Source of the DNA: Desulfovibrionales bacterium
GTDB taxonomy: Bacteria; Desulfobacterota; QYQD01
Direction: 5' to 3'
Length of the DNA stretch: 64,000 nucleotides
NCBI GenBank assembly: GCA_028715605.1
Contig: JAQURM010000003.1
Location: forward strand, 98,810-162,809
This document shows, piece by piece, positions 8,641 through 17,241 of the stretch (positions within the stretch are counted from its first letter, which is position 1; each line of letters starts with the position of its first letter). Below the pieces are notes generated by a model. That model was not told the origin of the DNA. It did no database searches and worked only from the letters and a program-made list of their open reading frames with translations. Both the position numbers and the translations under genes were made by a program.

Positions 8641-9714
8641 TTACGATTTCTGCAAAAACAACCTTACCTGCCGGGAGATGCCGGATACATCCGACGGCGC
8701 ATACCACCTTATCTCCGGGTCGCCCCTGAACCACGTCAACTGTCTCTTGGCATAACGCCTGGTGTCCCGGATCATGGTGCGCAGCATCTCATCAAAGGTA
8801 TATTCACCTAAAAATCCCCCTGTATCCCCCTTTTTCAAAGGGGGACTTAACGTATCCCCCCCTTTAGTAAAGGGGGGTGAGGGGGGATTGCCTTCATTTT
8901 CGAGATACCGGATGACGTGCCGATAGCCGAGAGACTGCATGGGTTTGAGGTCTTTAGCGTAACCGGCCGCAAGAAGTCCCCTGACCTCATCAATCAGGCC
9001 CGCCTCCAACATCTCATGTGCGCGAATCTCGATCCTTTCATAAAGCTTATCACGCTCGAGTTCAAGTCCTATTTTTAACGTGTCATATTTGCTGTCGCTA
9101 AACTCATGCTCGGATTGATAAACTGAAATAGGTTTGCCGGTCAGGCGGAATACCTCGATGGCCCGCAAGACGCGCACCTTATCATGGCTGTGGATTTTCT
9201 CAGCGGCCTCCGGATCCGCCTCTTTCAATTCCGCATAGAGGCGGTCCGGGCCATTTTTTTCCATTTCGTTACGTAACGTCCGGCGTATGGCCTCGTCTGC
9301 AGCCGGAAGATAAAAAAGACCGCGCGTCAAGGCCTTGATATAAAGACCGGTTCCTCCGACCACGAAGGCGCATTTCTCCCGCCCGTATATATCCCGGATA
9401 GCCTCTTTCGCATCCTGACAGTAGCGGGCGGCATTATACACCTCATCCGGATAGACGATATCCAGGAGATGGTGCGGCGCCAGTTTTCTTTCCTCTGGTG
9501 AAGGCTTGGCCGTGCCGATGTCCATCAGCTTATAAATCTGCATGGAATCGGCATTTATGATCTCACCGCCGAACTTCCGGGCCAGCGCAATGGACAGGCC
9601 GGTCTTTCCAACTCCCGTTGGCCCGGCAATGATAATCAGCGTCAGTTTTTTATTTACGCTTGAAGCCTTTTTCCAATTCATAGTACGTGTAGAGCTGTTG
9701 GATGGGCCGGCCAT
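8641..9714 (-). CDS. miaA: tRNA dimethylallyltransferase MiaA with a roughly 26-aa repeat-derived insertion
   Basis: P-loop IIIAGPTGVGKT, DSMQIY and TRRYAKRQLTWFR motifs. The NPPSPPFTKGGDTLSPPLKKGDTGGF segment between YLENEG and EYTFDEM is encoded by repeat family 1 (8811-8889). Overlaps the mutL 3' end. Confidence 0.9.
   Translation of the reverse strand: MAGPSNSSTRTMNWKKASSVNKKLTLIIIAGPTGVGKTGLSIALARKFGGEIINADSMQIYKLMDIGTAKPSPEERKLAPHHLLDIVYPDEVYNAARYCQDAKEAIRDIYGREKCAFVVGGTGLYIKALTRGLFYLPAADEAIRRTLRNEMEKNGPDRLYAELKEADPEAAEKIHSHDKVRVLRAIEVFRLTGKPISVYQSEHEFSDSKYDTLKIGLELERDKLYERIEIRAHEMLEAGLIDEVRGLLAAGYAKDLKPMQSLGYRHVIRYLENEGNPPSPPFTKGGDTLSPPLKKGDTGGFLGEYTFDEMLRTMIRDTRRYAKRQLTWFRGDPEIRWYAPSDVSGISRQVRLFLQKS
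8811..8889. repeat. Repeat family 1, copy d, inside miaA
   Basis: aaaaatccccctgtatccccctttttcaaagggggacttaacgtatcccccctttagtaaaggggggtgaggggggatt. Confidence 0.85.
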
Positions 9715-11410
9715 GCGGGCAGTTTGAAGAAATGGGACAGGAGTTAAGCTGCTGCAAAAGGCTCTCCATCTCCTCGACCGTCAGCGGTTGTCCGGCTTTT
9801 ATGGCGGCGTGGCAGGCCATGAGGGCCAGAATATCATTAAGGAGTCTTTCGTCCAGAAACGAGCCTCCGGCAGTGGCCATGATAGCCAGGGCCGATTCCA
9901 CCAATCCCTTTATATCCCGGTTGGCGAGTATGGCGGGCGCAGCCCGGATGACAAAGGTTTCTCCGCCAAACGGGGCTATCTCCATCCCCAATGCGGCAAA
10001 ATCCGCGAGATGCCCGGATAAGGCCTCTCTTTCGGATCGGGCCAGTTCAAGGGTTACAGGAAAGAGGAGTTGCTGGCTATCAATTCCACCCTTCCGGAGT
10101 CTGTCTTTGAAACTCTCAAAAAGGATGCGTTCGTGAGCGGCATGCTGGTCGATGATAATCAGCCCTTCTTCCGACTGGCAAAGGAGGTAGCTTGCGGCCA
10201 ACTGGCCGATAAGTCGCAAATCAGAAGGTGAGGGTTGGGTCAACGGGAGAGAGCCGGTGTATGGAGCCGCTTTTTCCTGCACGCTGGCCCCGGCCTTTAG
10301 CGGTTCTTCAGAGAAGAGACCCTGTGTCTGATGGACAGCCACGCCGCAGGCAGATTTATCAGGTTCTCTATATGGCTCCCATGAGCGGTGCGTCTCGGCC
10401 GGTCCCGGCCCGCCGATTTTTTGCCGGGAGAGAATGGCCGCGCGGATGCCTTCACTGACTATCTGATGTATCAATTTGGGTTCCTTGAAACGAACCTCAT
10501 GTTTGGTCGGGTGCACGTTTACATCCACCCCGGCTGGAGGAAGCGTTACGTAGAGGGCTCCGACCGGATAGCGTCCCTTCATAAGGAAGCTTCCGTAGGC
10601 CTCGAGGACGGCATGCTGGATGATCCGGTCACGTACAAAACGCCCGTTGATAAAGATGCAGAGGGACCGTAAAGAGGCCCGGTTTATCTCCGGCCCGGCT
10701 ATATAACCGGAGAGGGCTATCTCTCCGCGGGCATTTGACACCGGGATCAGTTTACTGCTGTGGTCAAGATGAAATATGGCCTGCAGGCGATCTTCGAGCC
10801 TTTCGCCGGATGAGGTGGTGAACACCCCGCGCCCATCATTAGAGAAGATAAATTGCACGGCGCAGGCGGCAAGCGCTATATGCTCGACGACGTCCTGGAT
10901 ATGTCCGGTCTCCGTGTCGTATGACTTAAGGAACTTCCGGCGGGCCGGCAGGTTGCCGAAGAGATCCCTTACTTCAACTACTGTCCCTTCCGGGCAGCCC
11001 GTTTCCAGGACTTCTTTTATGCGGCCATAATGGATGGTAACCCGATGCCCGGATAGATCCCCGCGGCGGCGGGATATCAAGGCCATCCTGGAGACGGAGG
11101 CGATGCTGGGCAGGGCCTCTCCCCTGAATCCCAGGGTATTAATGTGGAACAGGTCCGTATCAGTCGCAATCTTGCTGGTGGCGTGGCGTTCCAGGGAAAG
11201 GAGGATGTCCTCGCGATCCATCCCCTCGCCATTATCTATGACCCGGATAAGCTGCTGTCCGCCGCCTGTTACCTCCACCTCTATGCGCTTTGCCCGGGCA
11301 TCCAGGGCGTTTTCGATGAGTTCTTTCACCACCGAGGCCGGGCGTTCGATGACCTCTCCGGCCGCAATCTGATTGGCAAGGGATTCATAGAGTATCTTTA
11401 TCTTAGCCAA
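9650..11410 (-). CDS. mutL: DNA mismatch repair protein MutL
   Basis: N-terminal GHKL ATPase (LANQIAAGEVIERPASVVKELIENALDA, DNGEGM), a transducer domain and a C-terminal dimerisation domain. mutL-miaA synteny is conserved. Confidence 0.95.
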   Translation of the reverse strand: MAKIKILYESLANQIAAGEVIERPASVVKELIENALDARAKRIEVEVTGGGQQLIRVIDNGEGMDREDILLSLERHATSKIATDTDLFHINTLGFRGEALPSIASVSRMALISRRRGDLSGHRVTIHYGRIKEVLETGCPEGTVVEVRDLFGNLPARRKFLKSYDTETGHIQDVVEHIALAACAVQFIFSNDGRGVFTTSSGERLEDRLQAIFHLDHSSKLIPVSNARGEIALSGYIAGPEINRASLRSLCIFINGRFVRDRIIQHAVLEAYGSFLMKGRYPVGALYVTLPPAGVDVNVHPTKHEVRFKEPKLIHQIVSEGIRAAILSRQKIGGPGPAETHRSWEPYREPDKSACGVAVHQTQGLFSEEPLKAGASVQEKAAPYTGSLPLTQPSPSDLRLIGQLAASYLLCQSEEGLIIIDQHAAHERILFESFKDRLRKGGIDSQQLLFPVTLELARSEREALSGHLADFAALGMEIAPFGGETFVIRAAPAILANRDIKGLVESALAIMATAGGSFLDERLLNDILALMACHAAIKAGQPLTVEEMESLLQQLNSCPISSNCPHGRPIQQLYTYYELEKGFKRK

Positions 11411-11558
11411 AGGTTTGATAATCTCGTAACAAGTAAAATTTTACCGCAGAGGTCGCCGAGAACGCTGAGATAACATATTGAATGATTTACGATTTTTCTC
11501 TACGGACTCTGCGTGCTCAGCGGTGAAAAAGTTTTTTTACGAAGCCGTCAAAGGTTGC

Positions 11559-12923
11559 TCAGTTGGATAATTTTAAAAGGACATTATCCTGGATCCAGTG
11601 CTCATCCCACCACTCGACCGGATTGACAAATGTTCCGCCTACCAGCATGGAAAAGTGGAGGTGGTCGCCGCCGGCCAGACCGGTAGATCCTGAACAGCCC
11701 AACACCATCCCCTTTTCTACCATCTGCCCGGGAGCGACATTGATGCTGCTTAAGTGGGCATACAGGCTGAAGATCCCCTGCCCGTGGTCCATGATAACGG
11801 TATTCCCGTAAATACCGAGGTATCCGGTAAAGATAATCTTGCCGGTATTGGCGGCCTGGATGGGCGCCCGTTCGTTTGAGGCCAAATCAATACCCAGATG
11901 GACAGCATGGTCTATTTCCTGCCCGTTGTAGGTGTAGATACGCTGATCGGCAAAGAGGCCCATGGGCGCTGCGTTTTGCATACGCAGAAATGCCCCGGTC
12001 CAGAGCGGCCCGGCCTCAGAACGGGAACAGATCTCCGCCACTTTGCGGTCATTTTCAACCCTGATTTTGTGGTTAACCTGCACAAAGACCTCTTCATAGC
12101 TCCCTTTGAGGTCTGGATAATGTTGCATAAGCTCCGGCATCTTGGTCTGCAGAAAGGCCGGAGAGAGAGCGATTTTATCTGCCCTGAACCGGCGGGTTTT
12201 TATACGATACGTAAAGGGCACCCGTGCCGTATTGCCGGCCTCGTCGCGAGCGGCAAGGTATAGGGGAACATTGGCACGCCCTGGCGCATCTGCGACTGGA
12301 GCGTCCCACGGCAGGGCGAAATAGGCCACATAAACACCTTTAGGGCCTTCCGGCTTTGGATACCCGCGATAGAATTTCGGGCCCACATAGACACCGCTCA
12401 CCGGAACATCATCCTCTGTCTGATAGACTACAAGCCCGCTGCCCCCCAGATTGATATTATGAGCGGCGCTCAGGGCATAAACGTCAGGCGGCCTGCTGTC
12501 AATGGAGACTTTTTTATCTATGATGCGCCTGTTGCCTGAAAACCATCCCCACCATGAATAATCCCGGACCGATACCCGGAGAAGGGCCTCACCATTAACC
12601 AGCCCCGCGCCAAGGGGGCGAAGCGTTACAGGCATAGAGTGGCCTTTTACGTTCCCTCTCAAAAGCAGGCCTCCTTTGGGAAAAGACTGCCTTGCCATTT
12701 CTACCTTTTTACCCCCTTGGAGAAGGGTTACTTCTATTTCCCTGAGTCCGCTCAGCCTGTCTTTAGCGGTAATGGTTATAGTCTTTTCCATGCCTACGCG
12801 CCTGACATCAGGCGCAATGCGCACCTCCGGCTTAAAAAATTCGAATTTTAATGCAGCTACTGCAAGTATTAAAAAGAATATTAGTAGTCCAAATACAGCG
12901 ATGGAAAAGCGGGATTTAGGCAT
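11559..12923 (-). CDS. M23 family metallopeptidase (LytM-like) with N-terminal TM anchor
   Basis: HLGIDLA...G....G..GN.V.I.HG.G..S.YAHL..... and GDHLHF motifs. Confidence 0.85.
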   Translation of the reverse strand: MPKSRFSIAVFGLLIFFLILAVAALKFEFFKPEVRIAPDVRRVGMEKTITITAKDRLSGLREIEVTLLQGGKKVEMARQSFPKGGLLLRGNVKGHSMPVTLRPLGAGLVNGEALLRVSVRDYSWWGWFSGNRRIIDKKVSIDSRPPDVYALSAAHNINLGGSGLVVYQTEDDVPVSGVYVGPKFYRGYPKPEGPKGVYVAYFALPWDAPVADAPGRANVPLYLAARDEAGNTARVPFTYRIKTRRFRADKIALSPAFLQTKMPELMQHYPDLKGSYEEVFVQVNHKIRVENDRKVAEICSRSEAGPLWTGAFLRMQNAAPMGLFADQRIYTYNGQEIDHAVHLGIDLASNERAPIQAANTGKIIFTGYLGIYGNTVIMDHGQGIFSLYAHLSSINVAPGQMVEKGMVLGCSGSTGLAGGDHLHFSMLVGGTFVNPVEWWDEHWIQDNVLLKLSN

Positions 12924-13129
12924 AAGGCGAGATTTACTCCTTTTGGGCTGTTATAACTTATGAAACTATACTGAAACAGGCAAAACGTCAAGTGGCACGA
13001 GATTCCACATCCCGGGATAGAAAATCGTCATTGCGAGTCCGCCGCAGATGGGCAAGGAGAACGTGGGGCGTCAGGACAGGAAAAATACACGCAAGGGCAA
13101 GAAGAAGTAAAAAGATGGTTTCCAAGAAA

Positions 13130-13168
13130 GTGGAACTATTTTCCATAAAAGTGGAACTATTTTTCCAC
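13130..13168 (+). promoter_or_regulatory. Tandem palindromic upstream activator sites (TGGAA-N5/6-TTCCA x2), likely enhancer-binding-protein sites
   Basis: tggaactattttcca and gtggaactatttttccac lie about 105-140 bp upstream of a -24/-12 promoter. A paralogous pair lies at 14648-14686. Confidence 0.6.
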
Positions 13169-13271
13169 TAAAGAGAAAACCTTTTCCATTCAGCCAAAAA
13201 ATTGATCCACCATCGCCTACGCTAACTATCCGTAAATAATATATTTTTTATTTTAAAAAGGTTTTGTGCAT

Positions 13272-13287
13272 CTGGCATACAAATTGC
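13272..13287 (+). promoter_or_regulatory. Sigma-54 (-24/-12) promoter TGGCAT-N5-TTGCT
   Basis: ctggcatacaaattgctt matches the TGGCAC-N5-TTGCW consensus, about 70 bp upstream of the PEP-CTERM gene start. Confidence 0.7.
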
Positions 13288-13359
13288 TTAATTATTGAAG
13301 CACAATTCACTTTGAAGATATGGTTCTGAGAAATTTTAAATGGGAGGAGGTGAAAAAGG

Positions 13360-14235
13360 ATGAAAAAGCTCTTGATGTTTTTGTGCGTCGTGTCCCTCGT
13401 AGCGCTTTGGGCTCCGGCATTTGCTTTGACGGTAACGCCGCTGGACAGCGCCGGTAATTTAGCCCAAAGTCTTGTGGGGCCGGGGGTCACAATATCGAAT
13501 GTTACTTATACGGGAGCAAACGCTGCATCGGGATATTTTACGGGTGGCCTTGCCGCTGGAATTGGCATCCAAAGCGGTATTGTTTTGACCTCTGGGTACG
13601 CTTCCAATCTGAATGGCACATCTAATACTTCAGACGCTATAACGGGTAATAATGGTTTAGCGGGTGCCGCCATGCTTAATGCTTTGATCCCTGGGTATAG
13701 CACATATGATGCCACCATTCTGGGGTTTGACTTCGTAAGTGCCGGGAACTCAGCTTATTTCAATTATGTCTTTGGTTCTGACGAGTATAATGAATGGGTT
13801 GCTTCAAGTTATAATGACGTGTTTGGTTTCTTTTTCAACGGAACGGCTGTTTCAGACAATGTAGCGCTCATTCCAGGGACAACGACAGCAGTTGCCATCA
13901 ACAATGTGAACAATGGATCCAACTCTCTCTATTATAACGATAATGATCCTGGTGACCTATCTCCGATTCCATTTGCTTTTGAATATGACGGGTTCACCGA
14001 CGTGTTTACCGCCAGCATACTAGGGCTGACTGCTGGGAATACATATCATCTGACATTGGCCATAGCCGATGCCGGTGATAGCGTTTTGGATTCCGGCGTT
14101 TTCTTACAGGCAAAAAGTTTTTCTCAAAATCCTGTGAATCCAGATGTCCCGGAGCCCGCGACCATGGTGTTGCTTGGTTCCGGTCTGGTTAGTCTGGCCG
14201 GGTTTGGACGGAAGAAGCTTTTCAAGAAAGGCTAA
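13360..14235 (+). CDS. PEP-CTERM sorting-domain secreted protein (choice-of-anchor-like beta-rich domain)
   Basis: RBS GGGAGGAGG. Signal peptide. C-terminal VPEPATMVLLGSGLVSLAGFGRKK is a PEP-CTERM motif (PEP, TM helix, basic tail). Confidence 0.8.
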   Translation: MKKLLMFLCVVSLVALWAPAFALTVTPLDSAGNLAQSLVGPGVTISNVTYTGANAASGYFTGGLAAGIGIQSGIVLTSGYASNLNGTSNTSDAITGNNGLAGAAMLNALIPGYSTYDATILGFDFVSAGNSAYFNYVFGSDEYNEWVASSYNDVFGFFFNGTAVSDNVALIPGTTTAVAINNVNNGSNSLYYNDNDPGDLSPIPFAFEYDGFTDVFTASILGLTAGNTYHLTLAIADAGDSVLDSGVFLQAKSFSQNPVNPDVPEPATMVLLGSGLVSLAGFGRKKLFKKG

Positions 14236-14262
14236 AAAAGAGATAATCAAAAACCATAAAAA

Positions 14263-14296
14263 GCCACCTCGGGGGAATCCCCAAGGTGGCTTTTAT
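14263..14296 (+). terminator. Rho-independent terminator
   Basis: gccacctcggggg aat ccccaaggtggc followed by ttttat. Confidence 0.7.
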
Positions 14297-14647
14297 ATTC
14301 TATGATGCTTTTCTTAGATTTCTTTAGTTTCAGAGTCAAGCGTTTCATTATACCAACTATCTCCGTAATGTCTCATCGGTTAACTTAATTCCATCTATCT
14401 CCATAAGCTTCTCAGATACCGGCATTAGTCCAAATCCTTGGGCTTCGCATTTCCTCCCTTTGGCAGATGGAGGGTAGGAGGGATTTTAAATAATGTTTTT
14501 TGCGCAAAATTGCTATCTTAAAGATCACATCGAGTCATGGTTATCAGGGGTGATTCATTCGCCTCTGGGCAGGGAGAACGCGGGGCATCAGGATAGAAAA
14601 AATATACGCAAGTGCAAAAAAAGAATTGAAAAGGTAGTTTACAAAAA

Positions 14648-14686
14648 TTGGAACTATTTTTCACAAAAGTGGAAATACTTTTCCAC
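14648..14686 (+). promoter_or_regulatory. Tandem palindromic upstream activator sites (paralogous to 13130-13168)
   Basis: ttggaactatttttcaca and gtggaaatacttttccac (a perfect GTGGAAA..TTTCCAC palindrome). Confidence 0.6.
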
Positions 14687-14708
14687 TCAAGAGAAAATTT
14701 TGTGTATC

Positions 14709-14724
14709 TGGCATAAAGATTGCT
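14709..14724 (+). promoter_or_regulatory. Sigma-54 (-24/-12) promoter TGGCAT-N5-TTGCT
   Basis: ctggcataaagattgctt. The flanking 250 bp are paralogous to the 13060-13330 region. Confidence 0.7.
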
Positions 14725-14785
14725 TATTGTTGAGTCACAATTCATTTTGATTAGATATGGTCTCATAAATTTTAGATAGAAGAAG

Positions 14786-15367
14786 ATGAAAAAGATAATA
14801 TTATTAATCGGTTTTGCAGTAATGTTGGTATTTGTAAGTGTCGCCCATGCGGCTCCTGTCGTAGATATTATCCAGGCTCCTACTGGATATTTTGTGCCTA
14901 CAGATGCGCAAAAGTATGATTATCCGTATTATCGCTGGTATGGCGAAGATTGGGGTTGGACACACAACGCCATTAGCGGGTCCATTACATCTGCGACTTT
15001 GAACATTAGTGCATTTGATGTGGATTATTCATCGGGTGAGCTGGATGAGATTTTCGCTTGGGACAGTGGTGCGTGGAGTTCACTCGGGTTTTTGACTGGT
15101 GTAGATGATGATTGGTCTTATGCGACATTTACATTGGGGTCGAGTTTCTTCGATGATATTGGTGCTGGTCTTCAAGTTTTTATGAAAATAGATACCGCTG
15201 ATGAGGGATGGGCTGTTACGCTTGCCAAATCAGTTCTTTCAGTCGATGGAGGTACGTTACCCAATCCCGATCCCAATCCTGTCCCCGAACCCTGTACCAT
15301 GATTCTCTTCGGTACTGGTATAGCGGGAGCTGCGGGCTTACTGAGAAAGAGGAGTAAGAAAAGTTAA
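14786..15367 (+). CDS. PEP-CTERM sorting-domain secreted protein
   Basis: Signal peptide (AVMLVFVSVAHA). C-terminal PVPEPCTMILFGTGIAGAAGLLRKRSKK is a PEP-CTERM motif. Confidence 0.75.
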   Translation: MKKIILLIGFAVMLVFVSVAHAAPVVDIIQAPTGYFVPTDAQKYDYPYYRWYGEDWGWTHNAISGSITSATLNISAFDVDYSSGELDEIFAWDSGAWSSLGFLTGVDDDWSYATFTLGSSFFDDIGAGLQVFMKIDTADEGWAVTLAKSVLSVDGGTLPNPDPNPVPEPCTMILFGTGIAGAAGLLRKRSKKS

Positions 15368-15400
15368 CCGGTACATTTGCACAATTATGTTAATTAAAAA

Positions 15401-15433
15401 AGGGCACGACCAAGACGGAGTGCCCTTTTTTGT
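15401..15433. terminator. Hairpin terminator (possibly bidirectional, between the convergent PEP-CTERM and dinB genes)
   Basis: agggcac gaccaagacggag tgccct followed by tttttgtg. Confidence 0.6.
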
Positions 15434-15449
15434 GTATGCTAAAAGGTAA

Positions 15450-16619
15450 TCAGGTCAGGCTCCGTCCCCGTTTTATGATCCCCGGCCCCAGTTTTTCCCG
15501 AATCCGGTCAATTGCATAATCGACTCGTTCCAGTTTCTCCATCTCTTTTTCCAGGCCGGGGAGGAGAGAATATTGCTGCCCTCCGCCAAAATTGGAGACG
15601 GCCAGCCCAATCAACCGCACGGGCGTCTTCAAATTATACCGTTCGAGAAGCATTACGGCGGTGTCATAGAGGATTTTAGTCGCACACGTGGCCTCTTTAA
15701 GGCTGTGGCTTCTGGTCACCAGGGTAAAGTCGCTGTGTTTCAGCTTTAAGGTTATGGTACTTCCTTTTAGACCATGCCTGCGCAGCCGTTCCCCCACCTC
15801 TTCTGCCTGGGACAGGAGCTGCTTCTTAAGGATATTAATATCGGTTGTGTCCTCGGGGAGGGTATCTTCGCTGCCCATGGATTTGGCCGGCCAGGGCCGA
15901 CCTATGGCCGGGATGCAAGGGATAACCGGTGAATCGTCGATTCCCTGGGCCAATTCCACCAGGCGCAGGCCATATTTGCCGAATTTTCTTTCCAATACCC
16001 CGGGCGGGAAGCTCAGAATATCAGAAACAATGCGGATTCCCAGCCCTCGGAGCGCCTCTTCAGATTTAGGGCCGATGCCGGGCAGTTTGCCGACCGACAG
16101 GTCTTTCAAAAAACTCTGCACCTCTTCCGGTACGATCGTCAGCCCGTCAGGCTTTTGCAGGTCAGAGGCTATCTTGGCCAGAAACTTATTGGGGGCAATA
16201 CCAGTAGAGCAGGTCAGGCATGCCTCGGCGTATATTCTCTCTTTAATTTTACGAGCGGCCTGCGTAGCGTCCCCATGCAGCCTTTCCGTGCCGGTGAGAT
16301 CGACAAAGGCCTCGTCTATGGATACCTGCTCGACCAGCGGCGATACGGCCTCCAGTACAGCCATCACTTTTTGTGATATCTCCTGGTATCTTTCCATCCT
16401 GACCGGTAAGAAGATACCCTGCGGGCACCGCCTTTTGGCCTCGAAGATAGGCATGGCCGACCGCACACCGTATTTCCGGGCCTCGTAAGAGGCGGTAGAG
16501 ACGACGCCTCGTTTTGCGCCGCCCACGATAACCGGTTTGCCCTTAAGCGCGGGATTATCGGCCTGCTCCACTGCGGCAAAAAAGGCATCCATATCCATGT
16601 GCAGGATAGTGCGGGGCAT
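15450..16619 (-). CDS. dinB: DNA polymerase IV (Y-family translesion polymerase)
   Basis: ILHMDMDAFFAAVE, SIDEAFLD, and HhH/little-finger regions. Confidence 0.9.
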   Translation of the reverse strand: MPRTILHMDMDAFFAAVEQADNPALKGKPVIVGGAKRGVVSTASYEARKYGVRSAMPIFEAKRRCPQGIFLPVRMERYQEISQKVMAVLEAVSPLVEQVSIDEAFVDLTGTERLHGDATQAARKIKERIYAEACLTCSTGIAPNKFLAKIASDLQKPDGLTIVPEEVQSFLKDLSVGKLPGIGPKSEEALRGLGIRIVSDILSFPPGVLERKFGKYGLRLVELAQGIDDSPVIPCIPAIGRPWPAKSMGSEDTLPEDTTDINILKKQLLSQAEEVGERLRRHGLKGSTITLKLKHSDFTLVTRSHSLKEATCATKILYDTAVMLLERYNLKTPVRLIGLAVSNFGGGQQYSLLPGLEKEMEKLERVDYAIDRIREKLGPGIIKRGRSLT

Positions 16620-16744
16620 TTTTTATTTATTTGCTCCTAACGCGGATACGTCATAGGCGGAGAACCAAATTTGCCACGAAGACACAAAGGCACGCATGTC
16701 TTCCGCGCATCTGCAAAAGGAAGCTGTTTGAAAAAGTATTTTAG

Positions 16745-16820
16745 AATCCCTCCCAACCTCCCTTTTCCAAAGGGAGGAGAAACACTTCCCCCTTTGAAAA
16801 GGGGGATCAAGGGGGATTTT
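16745..16820. repeat. Repeat family 1, copy e (CCCTCCC subtype)
   Basis: aatccctcccaacctcccttttccaaagggaggagaaacacttccccctttgaaaagggggatcaagggggatttt. Confidence 0.85.
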
Positions 16821-16922
16821 GAGGCACCGTTTTCTGGACGACCAGCTATTTTCAAACAGCCAAGGTGTTACTAATTTTTGATCTCTCCGTGCCTTGGCGC
16901 CTTTGTGGCTAAATTTTCCTTC

Positions 16923-17234
16923 TCATTCTGATAGGCCTTCTTTGCCTGCGGGTGCGGCGCTTTTTCTGCTCTTCCTGCGGTCGAGCACCTCGGCCAGAAT
17001 CGGTAAAAGCACCAGCCCCCCGGGCAGGAGCAAGATGGATAAGGCGGGTATCCTTTTGGCGAGACGGGTAAAGTGTTTCTTCATGGCGGCCAGATCTTCC
17101 CCTGTCCACTTGGCGTGCGTACCTTTCATAAGGATACCCATAAGATCCTGAGCCTGGAGGACTTCATTCAGTATCTCATTCCGGTACCTTAAAAAAGTGG
17201 CCTTAGTTTCCGCCTTGAGATCTTTTAGATGCAT
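16923..17234 (-). CDS. Small hypothetical protein with a C-terminal TM helix
   Basis: Internal ATG at 17234 (MHLKDLK...), chosen to avoid overlapping the der C-terminus. Unknown function. Confidence 0.4.
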   Translation of the reverse strand: MHLKDLKAETKATFLRYRNEILNEVLQAQDLMGILMKGTHAKWTGEDLAAMKKHFTRLAKRIPALSILLLPGGLVLLPILAEVLDRRKSRKSAAPAGKEGLSE

Positions 17235-17241
17235 AATAAGA

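Noticed and set aside
9702-11372. Several 70-145-aa ORFs on the + strand antisense to mutL (and similar antisense ORFs inside dinB, der, trpE, the 778-aa gene and the 860-aa gene)
   Set aside because: They are fully nested antisense to well-supported conserved genes. High-GC reading frames commonly stay open, and they have no RBS or homology signal.
14493-14750. 85-aa ORF on the + strand (and the 14518-14766 minus-strand ORF)
   Set aside because: They lie entirely within the paralogous sigma-54 promoter/enhancer region upstream of the second PEP-CTERM gene and have no RBS. They are most likely spurious.
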